Below the pieces are notes generated by a model. The model was not told where the DNA came from and made no database searches. It saw only the letters and a list, made by a program, of their open reading frames with translations. DNA of 46,848 bases from Actinomycetes bacterium (GTDB taxonomy: Bacteria > Actinomycetota > CALGFH01): positions 1-46,848 of the forward strand of contig JBJMHP010000195.1 in the NCBI GenBank assembly GCA_045807325.1, written 5' to 3'. Below, piece by piece: positions 26,561 to 34,431 of the stretch (positions are counted from its first letter, which is position 1; each line of letters opens with the position of its first letter). A program made the position numbers and the translations under genes.

Positions 26561-27142
26561 TCAGCCGGAGCCGAGCAGCCAGCTCGGCCGGTTGCCCTCA
26601 CGCCACTTGAGGCTGCAGCCCATGCTGGGCCGGTGGGGCTCGGGGACCGGCTGGCCGGCCAGGACCCGGTCGAGGGCGTCGCGCAGCAGCGCGCCGGTCA
26701 CCGGCTGGCCGTTGCGGGGGGTGCTGTCGTCGAAGGCGCCGCGGTAGGCGAGCCGGCGGTCGGCGTCGTAGACGAACAGGTCGGGGGTGCACATGGCCCG
26801 GTAGTCGGCCGCGACCTGCTGGCCCTCGTCCAGCAGGTAGGGGAAGCCGAAGCCGGCCCGGCGGGCCTGCTCGGCCATGCCGGCCGGGCCGTCCTCGGGG
26901 TAGGCGTCGAGGTCGTTGCTGTTGATGGCGACCGCGGCCAGGTCCCGGGCGGCGTAGTCGGCCACCACCTCGCCGAGCCGGCGCTCCACGTGGCGCACAT
27001 ACGGGCAGTGGTTGCACAGGAACATCACCAGCAGCGCACGCCCGTCCAGGTCGGCGAGCTTCACGGTGGTCCCGTCGAACGACGGCAGCTCGAAGTCGTG
27101 GGCCGGGGTGCCGAGCGGCACCATGAGTGAGGATGCGGCCAT
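26561..27142 (-). CDS. Thioredoxin-fold AhpC/TSA family protein
   Basis: [22 protein letters not shown] and SMGCSLKW motifs. Confidence 0.92.
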   Translation of the reverse strand: MAASSLMVPLGTPAHDFELPSFDGTTVKLADLDGRALLVMFLCNHCPYVRHVERRLGEVVADYAARDLAAVAINSNDLDAYPEDGPAGMAEQARRAGFGFPYLLDEGQQVAADYRAMCTPDLFVYDADRRLAYRGAFDDSTPRNGQPVTGALLRDALDRVLAGQPVPEPHRPSMGCSLKWREGNRPSWLLGSG

Positions 27143-27215
27143 GTGCTGATCTCCTGGGGCGCTGCGGTCGGGTTGTGCTTCCGGTTCATGGTGGACGGAC
27201 CTTACGCTAGCGGAC

Positions 27216-28334
27216 ATGGCCTACCGCTTCACGCCGGCGGACCGGGGGGCGTTCAAGCGCTGCCGCCGGCAGTGGGACTTCGGGGCCAGGGAGCGCCACA
27301 ACTACGAGCCCGCCGACGGGCCCGCCGCCCCCGACCTGGAGCTGGCCGTCCGTGACGCCCTGGCCGTCTACTACTTCCCCGGCATGTGGGACTGGCAGCG
27401 CTCGGTGGTGCTGCCGCTGGTCCTCCAGGGGCTGGCCCGGTCCCTGGGCGGCCAACCGGCGGCCGGCGGCCAGGCCGCCGGCGAGGCCCTGCTGCGGCGC
27501 TACTTCGAGTGGGCGCCCGGCGTCGACCGCTTCTCCCCCATCCAGGTCGAGTGCCGCCTCGAGGTGAACCTGCCCGACCCGGCCGGCGGGGGCCGGGAGC
27601 TGGTCCTGCCCGACGGGCGGCCGATCCGCTACCAGGGCCGGGTCGACCTGCTGGCCGGGGACGAGCACGACCGCTACTGGGTGGTGGCCCACCGGCTGGT
27701 CGACCGGTTCGGGACCGCCGAGGAGCTGCTGCTGGACGAGGAGCTGGTCGCCGCCTGCTGGGCCATGGAACGGTTCTACCCGGGCATGCGGATCGCCGGG
27801 ACGATCCACAACGAGCTCCGACCGGCGAATCTGCCGGTCGGAATGGATGAACTGCCGCCGAAGGCGGCTCCACGCCGTTCTCTACCCTGGCCGCGGAGCC
27901 GCCATGAACGAGGCATCCCCCAGCACGAGGCCAGCGGCGGCGGGCGGTCCCTGCCCTATGCCCGCCGTGGCGGCGTCCGCGCCGGGCCACCCGGCCCGGC
28001 GGCGGTGGCCAGCGAGGGCGACGGCCGGTTCCGCCGGACCCGGATCCAGCGCGGCCGGGCCGAACTGGAGGCGGCGGGGGCCAGGCTGGCCGCCGAGGCC
28101 CTGGACATGGTCGACCCGGGCCTGCGCCTGTACCCCAACCCCGCCCCCGAGCACTGCGGCAGCTGCCAGTTCGTGGCCCCGTGCCTGGCCGTCGAGCGCG
28201 GCGGCGACGTGGCCGCCGTGCTCGCCGCCGCCTACCGTGACCGCGGCCCGGAGCGGGCCGAGCCGGGACGGCTCGGCGCCGCCACCTGGGGCACCGGCCG
28301 GGGCGCGGCCCCGCCCCGGTTCGACCGCGGCTGA
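27216..28334 (+). CDS. PD-(D/E)XK superfamily, Cas4/AddB-like Fe-S protein with a degenerate nuclease motif
   Basis: FKRCRRQW N-terminal Cys, GRVDLL...WVVAHR and C-terminal HCGSCQFVAPC. -10 TACGCT lies 7 nt before ATG (leaderless). Confidence 0.75.
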   Translation: MAYRFTPADRGAFKRCRRQWDFGARERHNYEPADGPAAPDLELAVRDALAVYYFPGMWDWQRSVVLPLVLQGLARSLGGQPAAGGQAAGEALLRRYFEWAPGVDRFSPIQVECRLEVNLPDPAGGGRELVLPDGRPIRYQGRVDLLAGDEHDRYWVVAHRLVDRFGTAEELLLDEELVAACWAMERFYPGMRIAGTIHNELRPANLPVGMDELPPKAAPRRSLPWPRSRHERGIPQHEASGGGRSLPYARRGGVRAGPPGPAAVASEGDGRFRRTRIQRGRAELEAAGARLAAEALDMVDPGLRLYPNPAPEHCGSCQFVAPCLAVERGGDVAAVLAAAYRDRGPERAEPGRLGAATWGTGRGAAPPRFDRG

Positions 28335-28347
28335 GAGGAGGGATGGG

Positions 28348-29424
28348 GTGAGCCAGCCCGAGCACGCGGCGCCCGGCCGCCCGAGCCGGCGGCGGCTGGT
28401 GGTCAGGGTGGTGCTGGCGGTCGCGGTGGTGGCCGCCATCTACTTCGGGGTGATGCCCAAGCTGGTCGACGTCGACCAGGTGTGGGCGACGCTGCGGGCC
28501 ATGACCTGGCTGGAGCTGGTCACGCTGGGAGCGGCCGCGGTCTGGAACCTCTGGTCGTACCTGCTGCCGCAGCTGGCCGCCATGCCCGGCCTGAGCCTGG
28601 GCCAGGCGGCGATGGAGAGCCACGCCTCGACCGCGGTCGGGAACCTGATGCCGGTGGGCCAGGCGGTCGGGCTGGGGGTGACCTACCGGTTCTACACCTC
28701 CTACGGGTTCGGCCGTGGCCCGATCGCGCTGTCGCTGCTGGTGCAGGGGGTGTGGAACAACTTCATCAAGCTCGGCATGCCGATCGTGGCCCTCGGCCTG
28801 CTGGTGGTCAGCGGCGACGCCGCCGGCGAGCTGGCCCCGGCGGCGGTGATCGGGCTGGTGGTGTTCGTGGTCGCCCTGGCCGGCTTCGCCTTCGGCCTGT
28901 CCAGCGAGCGCCGGGCCGCCTGGCTGGGCGGGGCCCTGGCCGACGGGGTGGCCAGGCTGCGGCGTCTGGTCCGGCGGCCCGGCCGGCCCGACTGGGACCG
29001 CGGCGCCGTGGCCTTCCGGGCCGAGGCGGTCGCGCTGCTGCGCGACCGCTGGCACTGGCTGACCCTGACCACCCTGGCCAGCCACCTGTCGCTGTTCCTG
29101 GTGCTGCTGCTGGCCCTGCGCCACGTCGGGATCTCCGAGGCCGAGGTGAGCTGGGTCGAGGCCCTGGCCGCGTTCGCGCTGGTGCGGCTGCTGTCGGCCG
29201 TCCCGATCACCCCGGGCGGGCTCGGCGTGGTCGAGCTCGGCCTGGCCGCGACCCTGGTCCTGGCCGGCGGCGAGGAGGCCCAGGTGGTGGCGGCGGTGCT
29301 GGTGTTCCGGCTGCTGACCTTCCTGCTGCCGATCCCCATCGGCGCGTTCACCTGGTGGATGTGGCGCCGGGGCGCGTGGTATCCGTCTGGAGGTACCGTG
29401 GTCACAGGAGAGGAGCGCGGGTGA
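28348..29424 (+). CDS. Lysylphosphatidylglycerol synthase TM domain / flippase-like membrane protein (UPF0104)
   Basis: Multiple TM helices, PITPGGLGVVE and VVAAVLVFRLLTF. RBS GAGGAGG. Confidence 0.85.
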   Translation: MSQPEHAAPGRPSRRRLVVRVVLAVAVVAAIYFGVMPKLVDVDQVWATLRAMTWLELVTLGAAAVWNLWSYLLPQLAAMPGLSLGQAAMESHASTAVGNLMPVGQAVGLGVTYRFYTSYGFGRGPIALSLLVQGVWNNFIKLGMPIVALGLLVVSGDAAGELAPAAVIGLVVFVVALAGFAFGLSSERRAAWLGGALADGVARLRRLVRRPGRPDWDRGAVAFRAEAVALLRDRWHWLTLTTLASHLSLFLVLLLALRHVGISEAEVSWVEALAAFALVRLLSAVPITPGGLGVVELGLAATLVLAGGEEAQVVAAVLVFRLLTFLLPIPIGAFTWWMWRRGAWYPSGGTVVTGEERG

Positions 29425-29455
29425 GCAGGGCGACAATCGTGACCGGGTCCGCCCC

Positions 29456-31009
29456 ATGACGTCCCGGCCGGAGGGGACGCAGCTGCCGGTGGTCCTGCTG
29501 TCCCACCGCGGGCCGGTGTCGTTCGGGCGTGACGAGGAGGGCCGCCGCACGGCCAGCCGCGGGGCCGGCGGGCTGGTCACGGCCCTGACCGGCCTGATGT
29601 CGGACCTGCCGGACGCCGTCTGGGTGTGCGCCGCCTCCTCCGAGGAGGACGCCGCCGTGGCCGCCGAGCACGACGGCGACGCCGTGGAGGTGGCCCTGGA
29701 GCCCGAGCCGCGGCTCCTCGACCAGGACGGGGAGGACGGGTCGGGCGTGCGGCTGCGGCTGGTCGAGGTCGACCAGCGGGCCCACGACGACTTCTACACG
29801 GTGATCGCCAACCCGCTGCTGTGGTTCCTCCAACACGGCATGTACGGCCTGGCCCTTGCCCCCATGCTGACCAAGCGCGAGCACGCCGCCTGGAACGACG
29901 GCTATGTGGCCGTCAACCGGCTGTTCGCCGACGCGGTGGTCTCCGAGGTCCAGGCCCGCGGCGGCCGCGCCCTGGTCATGCTCCACGACTACCACTTCTA
30001 CCTGGTGGCCAGGAAGGTGAGGGAGCAGTGCCCGGAGGCGGTGGTGTCGTTCTTCCTGCACATCCCCTGGCCGGGCCCGGACGCCTGGCGGGTGCTGCCG
30101 CCGGCCTGGCGCGAGGCGGTGCTCAACGGGCTGCTCGGCAACGACGTGGTCGCCTTCCACACCGAGGGGTTCGCCCGGAACTTCCTGCTGACCTGCCAGG
30201 AGCTGCTGGGGCTGCCGGTCGACCTGGAGGCGATGACGGTGCGGGTCGGCGACCGGGAGGTGGCCGCCCGCCACTACCCGATCTCCATCGACGTCGAGGC
30301 CATGCGGGCGCTGGCCGCCTCCCCCGAGGTCGCCGAGCACGCCGGCCAGCTGCGGTCGGCCTTCTGCGGCGACGACCGCCAGCTGATCCTGCGGGTCGAC
30401 CGCACCGACCCGTCCAAGAACATCGTCCGCGGGTTCGCGGCCTTCGCCACCCTGCTGGAGGACCATCCCGAGCTGGTCGGCAGGGTGAGCTTCCTGGCCC
30501 TGCTCCAGCCGAGCCGCCAGGACGTGCCCGAGTACGCCGACTACCTGGCCGAGATCGGCGCCATCGTTGCTCGGGTCAACGCCGCCCACGCCGGCGAGGG
30601 CGACGCGCCGATCGACCTGCGCCTGGCCGAGGACCAGGCCCTGGCCGTGGCCGCCTACACCGTCTGCGACGTGCTCATGGTCAACGCCCTGGCCGACGGC
30701 ATGAACCTCGTGGCCAAGGAGGCGGTGGTGGTCAACACCCGCGAGAGCGTCCTCGCCCTGTCCGAGAACACCGGCGCCCACCAGGAGCTGGGCCCCTTCG
30801 CGGTCACCCTGCACCCCTTCGACATCCAGCAGCAGGCCGACGCCCTCCACGAGGCCCTGACCATGGGCCGCGACCTGCGGCGAGCCCGCCGCCAGGCCGC
30901 GGCCCGGGTGGTCGATGAGAACGACATCGCCAAGTGGCTCAGCGCCCAGCTCAACGACCTGGGCGTGCACTTCGCGGCGGAGCGGGTCAGGCCTCCAGGA
31001 CCTGCTTGA
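29456..31009 (+). CDS. otsA: Trehalose-6-phosphate synthase (GT20)
   Basis: GGLVTAL, HDYHF, FLHIPWP, YPISID, RVDRTDPSKN and DGMNLVAKE motifs. Confidence 0.85.
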   Translation: MTSRPEGTQLPVVLLSHRGPVSFGRDEEGRRTASRGAGGLVTALTGLMSDLPDAVWVCAASSEEDAAVAAEHDGDAVEVALEPEPRLLDQDGEDGSGVRLRLVEVDQRAHDDFYTVIANPLLWFLQHGMYGLALAPMLTKREHAAWNDGYVAVNRLFADAVVSEVQARGGRALVMLHDYHFYLVARKVREQCPEAVVSFFLHIPWPGPDAWRVLPPAWREAVLNGLLGNDVVAFHTEGFARNFLLTCQELLGLPVDLEAMTVRVGDREVAARHYPISIDVEAMRALAASPEVAEHAGQLRSAFCGDDRQLILRVDRTDPSKNIVRGFAAFATLLEDHPELVGRVSFLALLQPSRQDVPEYADYLAEIGAIVARVNAAHAGEGDAPIDLRLAEDQALAVAAYTVCDVLMVNALADGMNLVAKEAVVVNTRESVLALSENTGAHQELGPFAVTLHPFDIQQQADALHEALTMGRDLRRARRQAAARVVDENDIAKWLSAQLNDLGVHFAAERVRPPGPA

Positions 31010-31691
31010 GGGCGGCGACCCGTTCCCGCCAGTAGGCCTTGAGCTTGTCGGCCGTGGGGGCGTCGGGGATGCGCTCGTGGACCAGGGCGACCTGGCTCTT
31101 GGCCTCGCCGCGGGCGGTGAAGCTGATGACCAGGCGGGTCGGGCCGTCGTCCCAGTTGGCCCGGATCGACCTGGCCGGGCGGGCGGTGCGGACCTCGAAG
31201 CTGGCGTCGGGCAGCCAGCGTTCGCGCAGGGCCGGGTCGGCGAAGGCCTCGTACAGGCGCTCGACCGGCACGGCCACCGTCTTGGAGGCGTTGGCCTCGT
31301 ACAGGCCGCCGCGGCGCTGGCCGGGGTCGCGCAGGCCGCGGGCCTGCTCGTAGGCGACGGTGACGCCCTGGGCCCACCAGCCGCCGACGTCGTGCTCCTC
31401 CACCAGCCAGCGGGCGATCTCCGGATGCGGCCGCCGGGCGGCCCCCCACCCGTCCAGCAGGGCGAACCACTCGTCCCAGGTGCGCCCGGTGTTGCTCCGG
31501 ATCACCTCGTCCGAGTACGGCCGCCTGGCCCCGGGGGCGTCGGCGACCGGCCCGCCGGGCTGGGTCTCGGGCTCGGGCGGGGCCTCGGCGGTGGACTTGG
31601 CCAGCAGCTGGCGGCGGGCGGAGGTGTAGCTCTCGGACGTCTTGTCCATGCGCGCCCGGATGCGGTCCTTGAAGGACTTCTGCCTGGTCAT
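30987..31691 (-). CDS. Hypothetical protein: basic N-terminal helix, DUF4287-like segment and SRPBCC/START-like domain
   Basis: MTRQKSFKDRIRARMDKTSESYTSARRQL; TGRTWDEW...HPEIARWLVEEHDVGGWWAQ; SKTVAVPVERLYEAFAD...HERIPD...YW. RBS GAGGAG. Confidence 0.75.
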   Translation of the reverse strand: MTRQKSFKDRIRARMDKTSESYTSARRQLLAKSTAEAPPEPETQPGGPVADAPGARRPYSDEVIRSNTGRTWDEWFALLDGWGAARRPHPEIARWLVEEHDVGGWWAQGVTVAYEQARGLRDPGQRRGGLYEANASKTVAVPVERLYEAFADPALRERWLPDASFEVRTARPARSIRANWDDGPTRLVISFTARGEAKSQVALVHERIPDAPTADKLKAYWRERVAALKQVLEA

Positions 31692-31848
31692 CTGGTGCTC
31701 CTCTGCACGCGGGCGGCTGCGGGACCCACGCTCCCGTCGCCCCCGCGAGGAGGGCACTCGACCGGCGTCCCGAGAACTCGAGGTCCCCTTTACCTCCACG
31801 GGCCGGTGGCGTGAGCACCGGAACAAAGGTCGGGCGCGGGACGGCGCC
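31692..31848 (-). ncRNA. Candidate structured 5' leader / cis-regulatory RNA
   Basis: Nested complementarity on the minus strand: GCUCACGC/GCGUGGGU, CCCGU/ACGGG, hairpin GAGGU-AAAGGGG-ACCUC and hairpin GCCCUC..GGGGGC. Not identified as a known family. Confidence 0.45.
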
Positions 31849-31854
31849 AGCCCG

Positions 31855-31877
31855 AGCATAGCCGATGGCCTCGACAA
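31855..31877 (-). promoter_or_regulatory. RecA-NDp/PafBC-like promoter motif
   Basis: Minus strand TTGTCGA-N10-TATGCT versus the actinobacterial consensus TGTCRG-N10-TANNNT. Confidence 0.5.
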
Positions 31878-31891
31878 CCGGAACCCGCCGA

Positions 31892-33094
31892 CTACCGCGG
31901 CGCGCCCCGCAGCCACAGCGACGCCCGGGTCGGCTGCACGGTCTGGTCGACCACGGCCAGCAGCTCGGTGTGCAGGGCGTCCAGGTCGACCTGGTCGCGC
32001 AGCCGGGCCGCGAACGCCGCCACGGTGCCGGCGGCGTCGTAGCGGCGGCGGTTGAAGCGCCGGTCGACGAGATCCTGGACCCGGCGGCGCAGGGGCGAGA
32101 AGAGGGCGGCCACGGCCAGGGTGGCCGCGGCCACGGCCAGGCCGGAGCCCTCGGGCAGGAGCCGGCCGAGCCCGAGCACGACCGCGGTGTAGCCGAGGCC
32201 GAGCAGCACCGTCAGCAGTCCGTAGGTCAGGGTGCGGCTGATGACCCGGTCCAGGTCGTACAGCCGGTAGCGCAGCACCGCCACCCCGACCGCCACCGGC
32301 GGGCACAGCATCGCCGGATAGACGATGTTCGAGATCCAGCCGGACGTGATCCCGAGCCCGCCCGGGAGGGCGAGCAGCAGGCCGGCCACCGCACCTGCGG
32401 CCCCGGCGGCGACCCAGCGCAGCTGCTGGCGCTCGACCCCGCGGGAGGCCCGGAACCGCAGCACCACGCAGACCGCCGCCGGGGGCAGACTGAGCCAGTG
32501 CAGCAGCACGCCCACGATCGTGAGGACCTGGGCGAGGTCGCCCGCCGGGCCGGCCAGCCCGAACGGGTTGTCGATCCCCATCTCCTCCAGTGGTCCCGGG
32601 GACAGGGGGGCGGCCAGGGTGATCAGCAGGGAGCCGGTCACGCTGGCGATGACGACCAGCCGCCAGCGACGCGAGCGCAGGTGGCCGTTGGGCAGCAGCA
32701 GCGCCGGCAGCGTGACCCCCAGCGCGATCGCGGGCGCCCAGCTCAGGTCCCCGGTCGCCGCGACGAACTGCGCGATGAACGGCACCGGCCGGTGCTCGCG
32801 GACCAGCTGGTCGATCCAGGGCCCGACGGGAATGGTGTACGCCCAGGCGAAGCCGGCGCCGCCGTACAGCCAGCCGATCGGGTTGCCCGGCCGCCGCAGG
32901 GCCAGCACCAGGCCGACGGTGGCGAACCCGAGCACGAAGGAGCACGCGTAGAGGGCGCCCTCGACCAGCACGCCGAGGGTGAGGGGCCGGTAGATGGCCA
33001 GCGTCACCAGCAGTCCGGCGGCGCAGCAGCCGAAGGTGACCAGCCACTGCGCCCAGGCGAGCACCGCCCTGGTTCGGGACTCCAGCGCCACCAC
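31892..33094 (-). CDS. Multi-TM membrane protein resembling a histidine-kinase sensor region without a kinase domain
   Basis: RRPGNPIGWL, LPNGHLRSRRWR, ERQQLRW, AVLRYRLYDLD and RFNRRRYDA. Ends before any HisKA/HATPase domain. Confidence 0.75.
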   Translation of the reverse strand: MVALESRTRAVLAWAQWLVTFGCCAAGLLVTLAIYRPLTLGVLVEGALYACSFVLGFATVGLVLALRRPGNPIGWLYGGAGFAWAYTIPVGPWIDQLVREHRPVPFIAQFVAATGDLSWAPAIALGVTLPALLLPNGHLRSRRWRLVVIASVTGSLLITLAAPLSPGPLEEMGIDNPFGLAGPAGDLAQVLTIVGVLLHWLSLPPAAVCVVLRFRASRGVERQQLRWVAAGAAGAVAGLLLALPGGLGITSGWISNIVYPAMLCPPVAVGVAVLRYRLYDLDRVISRTLTYGLLTVLLGLGYTAVVLGLGRLLPEGSGLAVAAATLAVAALFSPLRRRVQDLVDRRFNRRRYDAAGTVAAFAARLRDQVDLDALHTELLAVVDQTVQPTRASLWLRGAPR

Positions 33095-33179
33095 CTCCCC
33101 GCGGCTCCAGGCGGCTTCGAGGCAGTCTCCGCCGGCCTCGGTACGGCAGCGTTACGGCCCCTCAGACGATCCCTGAGAC

Positions 33180-33201
33180 TGTCACAGGTAGCGGTTACGC
33201 T
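33180..33201 (+). promoter_or_regulatory. RecA-NDp/PafBC-like promoter motif
   Basis: TGTCAC-N10-TACGCT, 40 nt upstream of the Rad52-like gene. Confidence 0.55.
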
Positions 33202-33241
33202 GGGACAACGCTATCAACCGCTTCCCCGAGGACTGAGGCCC

Positions 33242-33727
33242 GTGACCATCACCGCCGACGCCGACCTGGTCGAGCTCTCCCGCCCCTTCCCCACCGATTT
33301 CGTCGAGCGCAAGGACGGCCAGGACTACGTCGCCCACCACGTCGTCAACCAGCGCCTGCTCAGCATCGTCGGCCCGTTCGACTTCGAGCTGGTCGAGGTC
33401 ATCCGCGGCGACGTGGCCGAGGTGGGGCCCGACCCCACCGCCCGCAGCGGCCGCGGCAAGGCGGGGACGCCGGCGCTCCACAACGTCGTGGTCGGCGGTA
33501 TCTGGCGGCTGACCGCGACCATCGACGGCCGCCAGGTCCGGGTCGAGGAGGTCGGCGACGTCGGCGACGTCCACAACTGGGCCCACGACGGCGCCCGCCT
33601 CAAGGACGCCGCCTCCGACGCCCTCAAGCGCTGCGCCATGCGCCTGGGCCTCGGCCTGCATCTCTGGGCCCAGGAGCACTACTTCCTGGACCAGCAGCTG
33701 CTGAAGGCCCAGCACCGGGAGGAGTAG
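33242..33727 (+). CDS. Rad52/Rad22-family single-strand annealing protein (Sak/DdrA-like)
   Basis: LSRPFP..VERK...YV.HH.VNQRL and the signature KDAASDALKRCAMRLGLGLHLW. GTG start after GAGG. Confidence 0.8.
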   Translation: MTITADADLVELSRPFPTDFVERKDGQDYVAHHVVNQRLLSIVGPFDFELVEVIRGDVAEVGPDPTARSGRGKAGTPALHNVVVGGIWRLTATIDGRQVRVEEVGDVGDVHNWAHDGARLKDAASDALKRCAMRLGLGLHLWAQEHYFLDQQLLKAQHREE

Positions 33728-33786
33728 CCCACCGGCCGCAGGCCGGCCCGCGGCGACCGTGGTTCCCACTCGCCGGCTGGACCGTG

Positions 33787-34431
33787 TCAGGCGTTGAGGT
33801 AGGCCAGCACGGCCAGCACGCGGCGGTTGTCGTCCTCGGAGGGGGGCAGGCCGAGCTTGCTGAAGATGCTGTTGGTGTGCTTGCCGACGGCCTTCTCGGT
33901 GATGAACAGCCTGCCGGCGATGGCGGCGTTCGACCGCCCCTCGGCCATCAGGCCGAGGACCTCGCGCTCACGGGCGGTGAGCTGGCCGAGTGGTTCGTTC
34001 CTGGCCTGCCTGGTCAGCAGCTGGGCGATCACCTCGGGGTCCATGGCCGTGCCGCCGGCGGCGACCCGGCGGACCGCGTCGAGGAACTGGCCGACGTTGG
34101 CCACCCGGTCCTTGAGCAGGTACCCGACGCCGCCGTCGCGGTCCGACAGCAGCTCGCGCGCGTACAGCGGCTCGACGTACTGGGAGAGCACCAGCACCGG
34201 CAGGCCGGGGACGGCCGCCCGGGCCTCGATCGCCGCCCTCAGCCCCTCGTCGGTGAACGTCGGCGGCAGCCGGACGTCGACCACGGCCACATCGGGACGG
34301 CGGGTGGTCAGCGCCCGCAGCAGCGACGGCCCGTTGTCGACGGCCTCGACCACCTCGAAGCCGCTGGCGTCGAGCAGCCGGATCAGCCCGTCCCTGAGGA
34401 GGGCGAGGTCTTCGGCGACGACGACTCGCAC
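33787..34431 (-). CDS. NarL/LuxR-family response regulator
   Basis: VVVAED, DVAVVDVRLP, GYLLKDRV and LTAREREVLGLMAEGRSN motifs. Confidence 0.95.
   Translation of the reverse strand: MRVVVAEDLALLRDGLIRLLDASGFEVVEAVDNGPSLLRALTTRRPDVAVVDVRLPPTFTDEGLRAAIEARAAVPGLPVLVLSQYVEPLYARELLSDRDGGVGYLLKDRVANVGQFLDAVRRVAAGGTAMDPEVIAQLLTRQARNEPLGQLTAREREVLGLMAEGRSNAAIAGRLFITEKAVGKHTNSIFSKLGLPPSEDDNRRVLAVLAYLNA

Noticed and set aside
27187-27208. RecA-NDp motif upstream of the Cas4-like gene
   Set aside because: The -10 TACGCT is present, but the hexamer 10 nt upstream is CATGGT, not TGTCRG.
27216-33727. Prophage or CRISPR-Cas locus suggested by the Cas4-like and Rad52-like genes
   Set aside because: No integrase, terminase, structural genes, cas1/cas2 or array. 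The intervening genes are host metabolic genes.
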